Below are positions 1 to 12,833 of a DNA stretch of 64,000 bases, piece by piece. Source of the DNA: Lingula anatina (Eukaryota; Animalia; Brachiopoda); assembly GCA_051362555.1 (NCBI GenBank), contig CM120644.1, positions 4,844,954 to 4,908,953 of the forward strand. The letters run 5' to 3'. The notes under the pieces were generated by a model. The model saw nothing but the letters and a program-made list of their open reading frames with translations. It searched no databases and was not told where the DNA came from. Both the position numbers and the translations under genes were made by a program. How positions within the stretch are numbered: position 1 is the stretch's first letter; the number at the start of each line of letters is the position of its first letter.

Positions 1-40
1 CAGTAAATTTTTAATAGAGACACAGTCGATGGATACTTAC

Positions 41-183
41 ACACAAAAACTCTGCATCTACAACATCAGGTAGATCAAAAGTCTACTTTCTCTCCGTGCA
101 CATGCACAAAATCTCTAACTCGTCTCCAACTTATTGCCCCCGCTTTATCTTCCAGTCCAACTCCTCCACCATGTTAGCTAGGT
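41..183 (-). other. Candidate internal exon of the minus-strand transcript (probably UTR or short-coding)
   Basis: Minus-strand acceptor TTCATTTCTTCTTTCAG (184-200) and donor GTAAGT (35-40). No frame is open across the whole exon. Confidence 0.45.
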
Positions 184-854
184 CTGAAAGAAGAAATGAA
201 ATATACAGTGGATTGATTTGACAATCTGTTATATCCCATTACAGCTCACATCCACAAATAATTCAAATGAAAATGTGAGCATTTCATTTTCAGCCATAAA
301 TAATAAAAATCAATGTCATAACGATGTCTGCACAATCTGCTTGATTTTCTGTGGACATATAATTAAGGGGACAATATATGTACAGTATATTGTTTTTGTA
401 ATCATAATATGCAATCATTTCACGAAGTAGCCAGTGCTTTTGTTTCAAAGAATTGTTCCTATACCTACTGGCTGGGTTACCTACAGCACCGCAACCCTTG
501 CTTAGTACATGCTACTGTAACTGTTAAATTGTGTTAAGACAATATGTTGTTAATTTATAATAAAAATGTCATAAAATAAATTCCCAAGATTTGTCCTTTC
601 TATAAGTAAGTTCTCTTATTTGTTAAAACAATATAGATGGTAGGTGATGGCATGATGCAAATTTTTTAAAAATTTTTTCTCCATTTTCAGTACTCAGCTC
701 TGTTTCTTTCAACCCATCCATTCAACCCATTCAATCCATAACATAATTGCAATGTCTGAACCTACTTTTTCCCAATAAAACATTTGTAATTTAATCAGCT
801 CTTCCCAAATCGATTCACAGTACATGTTCACAAATGATGATATTGGGTCGCAAC

Positions 855-895
<41 letters not shown>

Positions 896-1019
896 GGATA
901 GAGAGAGACTTGACATCTGAGAGCAAATAAAACACTGATAAATTTGTAATAAAAGTACCACTGACAGGACTATATAAAGATTTTCTCAATTTACCATATC
1001 AAGAAGTGTGAAATCAAAG

Positions 1020-1382
1020 CAGACATGCTGAAACTGTCAGTCCGATCGGTCATGACTGGGAAAATTTGTCTGGACCGGTAAAAAAATGGACTTGGTCAGT
1101 CCAAAGGAACGACAAGAGTTTTAAGAACCGCAACTTTAAATTTACAGTCATCCTTCGACATACTTCACTAAAAAAATTATATAAAACCCAAAGCATTTTT
1201 TCCCTTCCATTTCAAACCTATCATATTCACAAACAAATTAAGCTACCCTAATCGTACTGGTAGTATCTGTCTCAAACGAATAGGGTGATTTTCGGTCCAA
1301 CAAAAATCCATTCGGTCCGGCAAATTTTTCATTACTGCCGGTCCAAATGTCCAGCCATTCTGAAAAGTTTTCAGCAGGTCTG
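1020..1382. mobile_element. hAT-like MITE
   Basis: Imperfect TIRs CAGACATGCTGAAAC / GTTTTCAGCAGGTCTG; similar flanks ATCAAAG / ATCAAAT. Confidence 0.55.
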
Positions 1383-1419
1383 ATCAAATCTCCAATTCAA
1401 AGCTGAAACTAGGTACATG

Positions 1420-1471
<52 letters not shown>

Positions 1472-1768
1472 TAGTATAGTCCCTTATCAGGTTTTCAGGA
1501 ATAAGATTGCCATTTAGTGAAACAGTCGGAAAATATGGCATGGGGTCCAGGGGGTGGGCTACCCAGCCCAATGCCAATGGTATTTTTATCTCCCAAAATA
1601 TAAAAAATTTGCCAACAGTCTGAAAATTCTCCACCCTATGCTGATGTAATGTCATATAATAATAATTGAAATATTTTTCACCCTAGCTGAAAACCCCAGC
1701 ATTTACATTTATCAAAGGCCTAACAGTACATCTTTGTCACATCTCCCTGTATACAGGTAAACCCACTG

Positions 1769-2118
1769 AGTCTCTTGTGTGTGTATCCATGGCAATGTCA
1801 GTCTCTTGTGTGTGTATCCATGGCAATGTCAGTCTCTTGTGTCTGTATCCATGGCAATGTCAGTCTCTTGTGTGTGTTTCCATGGCAATGTCAGTCTCTT
1901 GTGTGTGTATCCATGGCAATGTCAGTCTCTTGTGTCTGTATCCATGGCAATGTCAGTCTCTTGTGTGTGTATCCATGGCAATGTCAGTCTCTTGTGTGTG
2001 TATCCATGGCAATGTCAGTCTCTTGTGTCTGTATCCATGGGAATGTCAGTCTGTTCAGTTTTTATCCATGGGAATGTCAGTTTCTTGTGCCTGTTATCCA
2101 TGGAATTGTCAGTCTCTG
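1769..2118 (+). repeat. 31-bp minisatellite (~11 copies, last ones degenerate)
   Basis: Unit AGTCTCTTGTGTGTGTATCCATGGCAATGTC; accounts for the three overlapping ORFs. Confidence 0.95.
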
Positions 2119-3194
2119 GGGCTGGTCTAAACGTCCTAATTTTCTACCCAGGTATGTCACACACTGAAGATTTCATTTTTTTCACCGGTTCTCTCACTTA
2201 CTAGTGCTTTGTCTCAATGCATCCATGCATGCTACTAGCATTTCCTTTCCTATTTTAGCAAATGATATGTTCCCAAAGCATACTCCTGGGCTTGTCAAGA
2301 TGGAGGTTTGTCTCAATCTGAGCAGAACTAATGACGTGGATCAGTAAGGCAGACAAATCTGTGTGAGAATTACAGCAGCTGTATCTATATAGTTACACAT
2401 ACGCCCCAGTCTGAATAATACTTCAATAAAATCCTCTAACTGTGTCATGGTGAAGATAACCACGGCAGCTTAGGTGTGGAGAATTCATGTTGGTTCTTCT
2501 GTGGTTATTTTATCATGAGTCAAGTCACTTAAAACACAAGACTGTGTTTAAGATCTAAAACAGTTTCAAATATTGGAAAGAAAATGTGATTTCAAGGAAG
2601 ATATCTGTTGTTGCATGGCCAATAAAAAAGGAGGTCAACTTTACATATGATACATTACCTAAATCAATAAACCAATATTCTGACAATTAGTATGTACACA
2701 ACTTAAAATAAAAAATTGGTAAATACCCCCCCCCCCCAACTCCCACTTGGCCTATATTACGATCCAACATGTTCCTAGACGTACCAAATATGAACTAATC
2801 ATATATATATATGTATATATTATAAATTTAGTAAAAATACAACTTTGAAGAGTTAAATGCAAAACAAAAACCACTGAACGCCCCTTCTATACTCAGTATA
2901 TAATATCATAGCCACTCCTTCTGTGTATTTGTCTACAGTTAAGTTTCTCGTATTTAAAACTTGATATAAAAAAAAAAATACAGATACACACTAGTTCTTG
3001 GTCTCTTTGATGATAATTAAACAGCTAGGACACTCCAGTGAGCGTGGAGAAACAATCTGGTAAAACCAACATGTTGGGAAATTGAGGAGCAAATTCTCCT
3101 ACATTGTAGTATAGAAATAAAATTTGTCTATGGCACCACACATAGTACAGTACTGAGTAAGTGCATGAAGAATGAACATATCAGTTTAAACTAA

Positions 3195-3401
3195 GGGCAC
3201 ATTCAGAACAAGCTGATTCCCGGACTAACAGACACAAGAATCAAGTATGGTCGGCCCACTTGAAAGCTTGCTGCATGATCCCCTTAAAGACACTGAATAG
3301 ATTTCCTGTGGGGATTACCGGTTATGCTTTCAGGTGGGTCAGCTTTATTTGATCTGTGGATCTGTTAGTTAGCGGATCCACTTTGGTTGTGAACGCTGCC
3401 T
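3195..3401. mobile_element. Degenerate fold-back (Harbinger-like) MITE
   Basis: GGGCACATTCAGAACAA start with an imperfect complementary end; inner arms CTAACAGA / TCTGTTAG; TAA-type flanks. Confidence 0.4.
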
Positions 3402-3502
3402 TAATTAGAACTTAAGTCCACTGCTCACAGTGCTGCAAATGTTTTTTTTTATTTACTTTGTTGGTTTGTTGTCCAAAGCTTAGACCACACACACACACAC
3501 AT

Positions 3503-3536
<34 letters not shown>

Positions 3537-3985
3537 CCAGCACACATACACACACACATACACACACAGACACACACACACAAACACACACACGCACACA
3601 CACATTCACACACACACACACACAGTAACAAAAATACAGGAGAAGAAGAGAGACATTGTTTAAAACGCCACATCCCGCCATGCAGTCGACCTTATGGCTA
3701 GGACACATACATGTATATTACAGCAATGTACAGGATTATGATAGATGGCTATAGTCTATGCCAATGTGCAAAAGCCATCTTTCCATCACTGCAGTACCGA
3801 TACCGTTGTTCATGACTAACAACAACTTATCTAATCCACCGTGAGTGAGGCACTGTAACATGTACAGGTAGTTACTCTGCATTATGATGAAGCTCAGTAA
3901 AATGCTTTTATGTGGCATTTATATCTGGCAATACCTCTTTGGTATGTGTGAAACGTTAAAAACATTCTCCTGACTCATCACTTAC

Positions 3986-4090
3986 CTCAGACGTGGGTTT
4001 TACACGGTTCAAATAACGTCGGTAAAGGTAAAAATCCGGAAGCACTTAAGAGAAAAACTTTTTCATGGGCGCTGCCATATTGGGTTTCTC
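3986..4090 (-). other. Candidate first (5' UTR) exon of a minus-strand gene; its 5' boundary is approximate
   Basis: Minus-strand donor GAG|GTAAGT (ACTTAC at 3980-3985); YY1-like CAATATGGCAGCG motif near 4070-4082; lies at the edge of the CpG-rich zone. Confidence 0.45.
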
Positions 4091-6201
4091 TAGTTAAAAG
4101 AATGGCGCGCCGAGGATCACTGATCACCTTCAAACAGAAAGAAAGCGGTATATCCTTGTACAGTGTGGCTACGTGTGGCATTTGCCCTATGGAATAAAAA
4201 GGAACCACTGTATCTAAAACGAGATATAATATACAGAGAGACAAAGGAGAATATGAAACTTGCATTCAGAAAAAAAAAGTGTCTATAGATAAATTTTGAA
4301 GTAGCCTACATGTGGGAGATGAAAAAACATGCAAACGGGTGAAATGTTCATCATTAGTACATGTAGATCAGGGAAAACAAAGGAATTAAAAAAAAAAAAG
4401 AAAAACAAATGAAAAAAAGAAAATGGAACAGTACAAAATGACTGACTTAAATGTTTTTATATAGCTTTATATATTTACTAAAAGTTGACTCTTAATATGA
4501 TGAAAGATGGAAAGAATTACCATCGAAAAAGTAGGCCCCTATAGGCCTATATCACGGGATTGAAACGTGTTTGGATACAATACTTGAAAGAATGTATGCA
4601 TTAAGTGAAGTTGAACAAAATCAATTAATAATGATAATAATAATAATTTTAAATGACAAGAACCCCCGTTTTATTTAGACCAAGTATATCGTTGTCTACG
4701 CGGGACATGCCTTAAAATTGATCAAGAATAGGTACGGAATAAATGGAAATAAAAATTGAAAAGTTATACCTACGGTAAGACTAGACAATCCCATGATAAA
4801 CTAAAAGGTTTATATGAACTTTTTCTTAATATTAATTTTTATGTCCGACGTATGGTAGGCCTAATATTGCTCAAATTTCGGAAGACGGAACGTTTTAAAT
4901 AGCGGCGCGTTTAGTAAAGGTAGGCCTATATATATTTTGTTTGGAATATTCGCACCAAATTTATTTTTCATCAAGAAAAAAGGTAATTTTTACACATTCA
5001 CAAGTAATTGAATGGACCCTTTTTGCGCTTGGATGCGATGTTCTATATTATTTCTAACTTTCCAACTGACATTTCAGTAGGAAATATCGAAATTTGGTGC
5101 TTTTAATTTGAGAGGTTTTATCATTTTAAAAGTCTGCATTGGTAGCTCTGCAGAGCATCTCGTTTTAAAAATGATTTGGGGACATTTCTAACGGCGTATA
5201 AAGTATCATTTTAATAATGTCTTAGATATTGGCAAATCAATTTTAATTGATATTTAATTAAAATATTAGCGGATAAAATATTAAATTTTAATTGAAACAT
5301 TAGCGGATTTCTCGTCCGTACATCACAAAAATTACGTAGCGGCGCATTTCATATTTAAATAAATCCGAAGATAACGCGCATTTTATTTTTATGTTTTATT
5401 AAATTTGAAGAAATTTCCAGCGATAGCATGGCACAGTGTCCTTGGTGACAAAATGTAAACGTTTTTTTTTTTTCACATTCATGTGAAGATCTATCTCGGT
5501 ACTACCTTTATATCACGTACCGCGATGACACTAGTCTAGTTGTACATTTATTTAATTTTTCAAACTATGTAAAAGCTATGCATATAGGAGCTAGAAGAAA
5601 GATAAAACCATAGACGGTTCTTCAGTTGCCTGTCTTTTATAGTTCCTACAAACTTCCAGCAATGTAATGTTCTGATTTTCATCGCAAATATAGCATAGCT
5701 CATTGGCGGCTAACGAGTTCTTTAGAGCTAAAAATTCTTAAGTACATGAGTGTTAAAAGACCGAACACAAAGTTAGAACGACCAGCAAAGATATATGAAA
5801 TAATAAAACCATTTAGGTATATCGATACGTTAGGATCTATTTCCTTATCCGATTAGATTATGCAACAATAAACCTCGTTATGATGTTGGTGTTTCATCAA
5901 AAATACATGGAGGTAGATTTGCTTATTCGATCTTTCTTGTCAAAATTGTTTTTGGTTTCAAGCAGATCAACTTTACCTGAATAACTATCACCACAGTTTT
6001 AACGTCTATTTAATTATAACAATAAGTACAGAAATCTGGTGCCAGGGAATCTTATACATGTATGGATTACTTCGGATTTTATCAGTAAACGGGCAAAGCA
6101 AAAGTTTAATGGAACATCGTAATAAAGGGGCCATATTTCATTGAAAAAAAAAAAAAGGAATTGATTTTACACCGTTGTCGTTAACAACGATATCTGACTT
6201 A

Positions 6202-6428
6202 AACCGCATTCAGATTCACACATCGCACTAGCTTGAACGGTCCAACTCTGCAGGGAATTCTCGTTAAAGGGCAATCAGTGGATCAGCTTAATTTAATTAC
6301 CTGGCACGCCTCCTAGAGCAGCTAGGGGGTAATTAACTGTTGTGTGCTGATTGAGCTGATTGAACTGATTGCACTTTAACAAGAATCCCCGACCTAGCTA
6401 TAGTTCGATGTGTGAATCTAAATGCGCC
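6202..6428. mobile_element. Fold-back Harbinger-like MITE, subfamily B2
   Basis: Long arms GCATTCAGATTCACACATCG / CGATGTGTGAATCTAAATGC; homologous to 52269-52502 in the opposite orientation. Confidence 0.7.
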
Positions 6429-7392
6429 AATAGTTACGGTGTAAGGCGCAAACCGATCGAAATGGGAGGATTTTTGGATTCATTATAATCATAATTATGA
6501 TTTAGAAGATTTAAACTGCAATTGTTGTAAAAATTTAAGTAAACAAATAAAAAAACCCATCGAAAGTAGAAATTATATAGCTCAGAGGTAAGCGATTCCG
6601 TTCACTTGAAAATGGGACAGAAAACGACAACAGAGTAGAGTTTCTTTTGTGGAAGTATCCATGTTTTCACAGATACAAAGGTGGAATGTTTATCAGATTC
6701 GATGTTTCGCCGGCAATTCCTGTCTGTCTTGAGAGGAAGGGGGGAGAGGGAGAGGGAGAGGGTATATAGGCCTATAGTTGTTTTGAATTAAACTATATGG
6801 TGAATTTGGCACTGTTAATTAAAATCAAATTAATGAAATGTACCAAATTTCGTTTCTTTGGATATTTAGTCTCGACATTTCCACCTGCGCCTTTTTAAAA
6901 GAAGATTTTTTTAATTTATAAAGAAAAGGATGACAAGACGGATAGGCGTACTTATGAGACAAAGTCTTCATAAAAGTTATTCAAAAGGAAAACGGTTTGT
7001 TAGGCCAATCATGTAGGGCCTATATCCGCCTCTTTTAAAACAGAGTGTAGCCTACTATGTTTGGGAATGAAATGAAGGAAACAAGTATTTTTACAACCGC
7101 GCCATGGAATCGCTGTTTAATTTAAATTGCAATCAGAAATCCATGGCCCCAAATCGCAAATTGGCAAATTGTTGTAGGTCTATATAGTAGCCAATAGGCC
7201 TACATAAGACCTGTATGAATTGAAAGCCTTGTCCAGGAGTGCCTGAATTACTTAGGCCCTGCATGTGATTTTCATATTTAGAGAATTTGTTCCCAAATAA
7301 TATGTGGTATTTTATTAACGTAGGCCTACGTGCAATATAAATTTGCGCTTACGACATAGGTTATTTATTGCAGGCCCCTATTAATCCTATAC

Positions 7393-7569
7393 TAGGGGCG
7401 GATTTAGGCCGTCTTCTGGGTCTTCTGGAAGACTGTCAGATTTTCAAGTTTACGTTGTCAGCCATCTAATGTTTTCTGTTGGAAGACGGACAAAAATGGA
7501 AGATGGATCAACAAAGATGATTTGGAAATTAATTAAGACTGTCAGAAAATATCTCTGGATCCGCCCCTG
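7393..7569 (-). mobile_element. ~175-bp MITE family A (CAGGGGCGGAT TIRs)
   Basis: TIRs AGGGGCGGAT / ATCCGCCCCTG; homologous to copies at 11868, 12015 and 12647; flanks TATAC / TATAG. Confidence 0.85.
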
Positions 7570-8456
7570 TATAGGCCTACAACCATGAAGGGCCTATGTT
7601 ATTTATGATCCTGTAAGATTTTTAAAATTTATTTCCAACAGTGAATACAAGATAGGCCTACAGCTTAGTCCAAAAGTTTGCAATTTGCAAATATTAAATT
7701 ATTTCATATAGGGTGTACAAAATTTGTGGACTTAGGAACTACCACCCTAAACGCAACTACATGGGGGGGGGGGGGGGGGGGGGGCTATGGAGGCTCCATG
7801 TTCAGGCCTTATGAAAATATTATAGTAATTTAAAACTCGGGTGTTCTTAATTCGCAGCCCACCTGTGGAACTTTGCCGTCACTTCTCTGTCGCACTGTGA
7901 CAAACCAAAGTCAGAGTTACTGCAAGAGAATAATTTAGGTCGGTTTTATCAGGTCGCATTCCTAATTTTAGACACACCGCAAGGTGCTTGTTTACAGAAA
8001 GAGCGGCTGCTACGAATCTGCCGACCACCAAGTTGCAAATTTTTAAGCGTTAATGGTAATTTAGAGCAGGAACGCTGCTTGGACGTCGCATTGGGGATTT
8101 AATCTAGCTATATTTAGTCTTCGATCACTCTGGGAAGCACGTTTTTATTCAAGACTTGTTGCTTTTGTAGGTTGCATGTCGGTGCGACCGCAGCATAAGC
8201 GGAGTAAAGCCGGGGAAGTTTGTGGGTCAACAAGCAGCTGATATCTTGCGTGCATTCTTGCTTTAATAGTGCAGTGTCAGCACGTGTTGGAGGGCACAGT
8301 CCTGAACGCTTGCAGACATCACGTCAACTTCGCCCAAGTATTCATTTCGGATTAAACATACGTGGATACTACGGGAGTTAACTACAGGTGGTACCTGAAA
8401 ATTTTGTCTACAATACGACGTTGACGACAACAGAAGTAGAAGAGAAGGCAGCAGCT

Positions 8457-8543
8457 ATGGCAAGTCCTAGAACCATCACCCCTCAGATTAGCATCTCCAT
8501 CTCTCCGCCGGACCCAGAACCCGATCACGAGGGCGAGGGGAGG
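8457..8543 (+). CDS. Candidate first coding exon of an unidentified host gene (MASPRTITPQISISISPPDPEPDHEGEGR)
   Basis: Good start context GCTATGG in a CpG-rich region; ends at the consensus donor AGG|GTGAGT in phase 0. Confidence 0.6.
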
Positions 8544-8838
8544 GTGAGTACCCACCACCGTGTGGCAAGAAGGCTGTCTGTGCGTGTGTTTTCTCAACCC
8601 ATGTCTCTTGTTGTTTGTATTGGTAGTGATATATCAACTGACTGACCGCAACGGCGCAAGGACGGTGCCATATTGCACGCACTCCCGCCCCCCACCGCTC
8701 CTTCGTGTTCAGAACGCCATATTATTGTTATTATAATTATTATTATTATTATTATCACTTATGATAATAATGGTAAAAAGGTAATGCTTTTTACTGCTTG
8801 TTTGCATTCAGCTTTCAGTTTCTTAGTTTCATAAATTC

Positions 8839-8981
8839 TACCCTCTACCAGGGCCGCAATTATTATAATATTATGTGGACATTTTTGCTTTCACAGTGCA
8901 GAGAATAACTGTTAATTTAACCAGAGATATATCTGTGAATATCTAGTGAAAAATCAATCTGTGGCCCTGGTAGAGAGTATA
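8839..8981. repeat. Short inverted-repeat element
   Basis: TACCCTCTACCAGGGCCGCA ... TGTGGCCCTGGTAGAGAGTA. Confidence 0.55.
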
Positions 8982-11867
8982 GTTTTATTCCAATAAATCT
9001 GTCCATTCAGGATAACAACTTCATGCCAGGGTAATTTGTAACTTGATTGTTATTGTTGTTGTTGTTGTCATTGCTTTTGTTGTCAATTACTAGTATTGAA
9101 GGTATATATTCTGCTGACATTTCACCAGTATATATTTACTTGCTATTTTATACACCCTCCCGCCCCCGCCTCTACTTACTAATTTAGTGCTAGTGAGTAA
9201 CAGAACAGGTGGCCCCAAATGGGGGTGCAAACTGAGCAGTTAATTTAATAAATGATGCAGTTAATTTACCCAAGTGGATTACATCATACATGCACAGTCT
9301 GGGAAAGAAATAATTATAGAGTGCTATATTGACTGTTAGCAGCTAGAACACAGAGCTGTAAACGTGTTTAGCGTGCAATGTTCATTGTCACTGACAATCA
9401 CCTTCAGTTTCAGGGGTCACTGGCAACTGACCTTTACTATCATCATGTGTCTAGGTTTTCCAGTGACCTCTGATGACCTCTGAAATTTTGGGGCTGGGGG
9501 GGGTGCGGGGGAGAGGAGGAGGGGAGATTTAATAGCACTTGCACCTGTTGGGGGAGGGGAGATTTAATAGCACTTGCATTGTGGGTTATTTGGCATTGTT
9601 TCCACTTTTTCCCCCACAACTGAAATTTTGTATGTGAAATTGATGTAAAAAGTAAAATCAACAGCTGTCCCTTAAATTGTTATTTTTTTTAACTAAAGTG
9701 GTTGGAATGAGGAGTGTTATAATGTTTTCAGAAAGGATGAAAAAATGTTATGGAGAGGAAGTGCACTGTGGAACACATCTTTATATACTTTTTTATGTTG
9801 CTTTTAAATTTTTATACTTTTATATTGCTTTTATGCTGAAATGTTACATTTATTGCTTTCTTTGAACTTTTTTTGGCACTGATTTTATGATGATATTGTA
9901 TTGTATTGTATTGTATTATGCCATATAAATATTATTGTATTGTATTATATTATATGTACAATTTACCTTGCAGCTTTCATATTCCAGTACTTTCATTGAC
10001 CTGAGCTTGACACTTCTATTTATTGCCTGGTGTGATTAACTTTGTGTCTGTTGTATTTAAAGCAGTGAAATGGAAATAACACCAAGAGGGAACAACAGTA
10101 TTTTCAGTCATGAATCTCGTAATCCTTCTCAAATCACCCTGTGACGTCCATTTACTACACAACACAGTATTGTGAGTTCTACCCAAGCTATCAGATTGAT
10201 CCGTGCTCAAGGCATTTGTTTTAAATGAACTGTGTGAGTCAATTGTTGGTGGCAATATTTTTTGCTACAATGCACCCACACTTAATTGATACAGTGAAAT
10301 GACTGATTAAGAACTGAATAAGTTTTAAAAAAGGTGGTTGGGATAGGATTAACTTTATTTGCATTTCATGTAATATAAAATAGGCTACAGTAGTACATAG
10401 AGGAAACGTCCTATGAAAGTCATATAGTGTACCGTTATTATGGAGACATTATTATTGAAATATATCTCCATAACCTTAAAGCTACCCCAACATTCTATGT
10501 GTGGATGAAAGGCTCCTTTGAAGAGCTATTTATTTTACAAATTGTTAATATTCTGTGGTGTGTGCATGCATATAGAGATATTTGCATCACTTGATGTACT
10601 AGCTGTGTCCTCAGCAAGGTCTTAAGATTACTTTCATAAAACGGTAATTACTCTTTCCAGTGGAGAAAACTATGAATAATACAGATACTGTTTTTTTGAA
10701 GTTGGTATATCAGAACATTTCAATTGACTTGTAGCAACAAAATGAAAAACCAGGCTACTCTACAGTTTTATTTTATGCAGTAAAGACACCAAAAATGCAA
10801 TACCGTTATGAATATAATTTTTGTGATAATGAAATATGTACTAGTTAGTATCTGAAAATTTTGATCATTTTTGCCGGTTGAAAAGATTGACTAATTACCA
10901 TGCTAAACTGAGCAGTTAAGTGTGTCTAGATACATTTTACAGGCTCTCCACACTACTAATTTTACAAAGTACAAAGACAAGTAAATAGATAAGGTATGAG
11001 AACTGAGAGACGATACAGATTCTAATATGACTTAAGTTATTGTTAGTGATGGTTTTTACCTCTGTGACATTTAAAACAGCAGATCAGAAAGCTACTTCTG
11101 ATCCCATGAGCTGCTCAACACCCCTGCTGCGTTCCAGATTTTTGGTTGGAACGGTTACGTATTTGTGAACTGTTCTTGCTTCATTTTTTTTGAAAGCTTC
11201 TCATTTGTTATTGTTCCAAATGAGACATCAATTACAGATGGTGAATCATAAAAATAAAAGTGGAAAATCATACGGAATTATCGTCATTGTCTTGGATGTC
11301 TCATTGTGACTCATAAACAAGATAAATGGAGATAGAGACAAGCTGGTTTTGTAAACAAGAAAAAGATAACGTTGTCTGGGCCAGGTGTTTTTGTAGTATT
11401 TTTTTTTAATGTGTAAGGTGGGGAGGAAGGTTAGGATAACTGAGGTATATAATACTGTGGAGGGGTTGTGGTTTGAACTCTGTCTCATCTCGCTTCTCAT
11501 CTCATCTTTTAATGGGACATTTGTGAATGACATGAACACGTACACAGAACCAACTCTGCAATATTTTCAGGATTTCACTGGCGATTTCAGCTAGCATATC
11601 TCAGATGTGAAGAATATTGATTTTTGATGTGTTAGAGTTCCTTATTAAGCTTTGCAAATATTTATGTTTATTTTCTAGTAATAAAATCAACTGCCCTTTA
11701 TTTTTGCCCATTTTAGCTGAAGGTGAGGTTTAGGGTAAGGGTGGTGAAAGTGTGGAGGCCTTCACAAAACCACAGCATGTTACACTTGGGGTAAAATGTT
11801 ACCAATTCTTTGATTCTTGATGGTGGAGATAAATTAACTGGCCTGGGCAGAAAGTCACTACCCTTAC

Positions 11868-12203
11868 CAGGGGCAGATCCAGAGATATTTTCTGACAGTC
11901 TCCCATATTATCTTTGTTTATCCTTCCTCCTTTTTTGACCGTCTTCTGACAGAAAACATTTGATCCCTGTCCTAGTAAAGTTGAAAATCTGACAATCTTT
12001 TGGAAGACCCAGAACAGGGGCGGATTTAAGGGGTCTTCTGGGTCTTCCAGAAGACGGTCAGATTTTCAAGTTTACATTGACGGGTATCTAATTATTTCTG
12101 TCGGAAGACGGTCAAAAAATGGAGGATGGATCAACAAAGATAATTTGGAAGACTGTCAGAAAATAACTCTGGATCCGCCCCTGCAGAAGACGGCTGAAAA
12201 CTG
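11868..12203 (+). mobile_element. MITE family A copy interrupted by a nested copy
   Basis: Starts CAGGGGCAGATCC; the consensus resumes (CAGAAGACGGC) after the insert. Confidence 0.8.
12015..12183 (-). mobile_element. MITE family A copy nested in reverse orientation
   Basis: Complete TIRs and an exact 5-bp TSD CAGAA (12010-12014 / 12184-12188). Confidence 0.88.
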
Positions 12204-12309
12204 AAAACTAGTTATATGTATATGTGTGTGTGTGTGTTTTCTAGTAACTGTACTGTTAAACAGCAGAGACACGTTGATAACAGAGTTAAGCCCCTGAAAG
12301 AAAGGGTGA

Positions 12310-12460
12310 AAATCTCTGCTTTAGGGTCTATAGTGTCTCTGCTCTAAGGTCTATAGGGGTGAAGATCTCTGCTTTTGGGTGTATAGGCTGGGTCTCTGCT
12401 TTAGGGTGTACCAGGTATAGGGTTTCTGCTTTAGGGTGTATAGGGTCTATGCTTTAGTCT
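12310..12460 (+). repeat. Degenerate ~25-bp tandem repeat
   Basis: TCTCTGCTTTAGGGT(C/G)TATAG recurs about 6 times. Confidence 0.75.
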
Positions 12461-12646
12461 GTAGCTATAGGCCATGGTCATTTATTTCTACCATTGCACT
12501 GTGTCAAACAGTGACCAGGTGAAATAGAGCAAATAAGTTAATCTGGAGGACTTTGTATCCTTGTGTTTGCCAGTTTGCATAATAGCTTATTTTATGAGGT
12601 AGAGGGTGACATTGGACCTCTTTCTCTCTCTAATTGCCATCCAAAT

Positions 12647-12833
12647 CAGGGGCGGATCCAGAGATATTTTCTGACAGTCTTCCAAATTATCTTTGTTGAT
12701 CCATCCTTATTTTTGACCGTCTTCCGACAGAAAAAGTTAGATACCCGTCTATACGTCTATATAAAATCTTGAAAAGACTTGAAATTCTGACCGTCTTCCG
12801 GAAGACCCAGAAGACGGCCTAAATCCGCCCCTG
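12647..12833 (+). mobile_element. MITE family A copy
   Basis: CAGGGGCGGATCC ... AAATCCGCCCCTG; flanks CAAAT / TAAAT. Confidence 0.87.

Larger units (their letters stand above)
3990..8720. promoter_or_regulatory. CpG-retaining intergenic / divergent promoter region
   Basis: Visibly more CG dinucleotides than the flanks; bounded by outward-facing candidate first exons. Confidence 0.5.

Noticed and set aside
1775-2204. Three overlapping Cys-rich ORFs; superficially CRISPR-like periodicity
   Set aside because: Pure 31-bp tandem repeat with no unique spacers and no cas genes, in a eukaryotic context.
12310-12460. TTTAGGG/TTAGGG words suggesting an interstitial telomere
   Set aside because: They occur once per ~25-bp unit, not as contiguous hexamer arrays.
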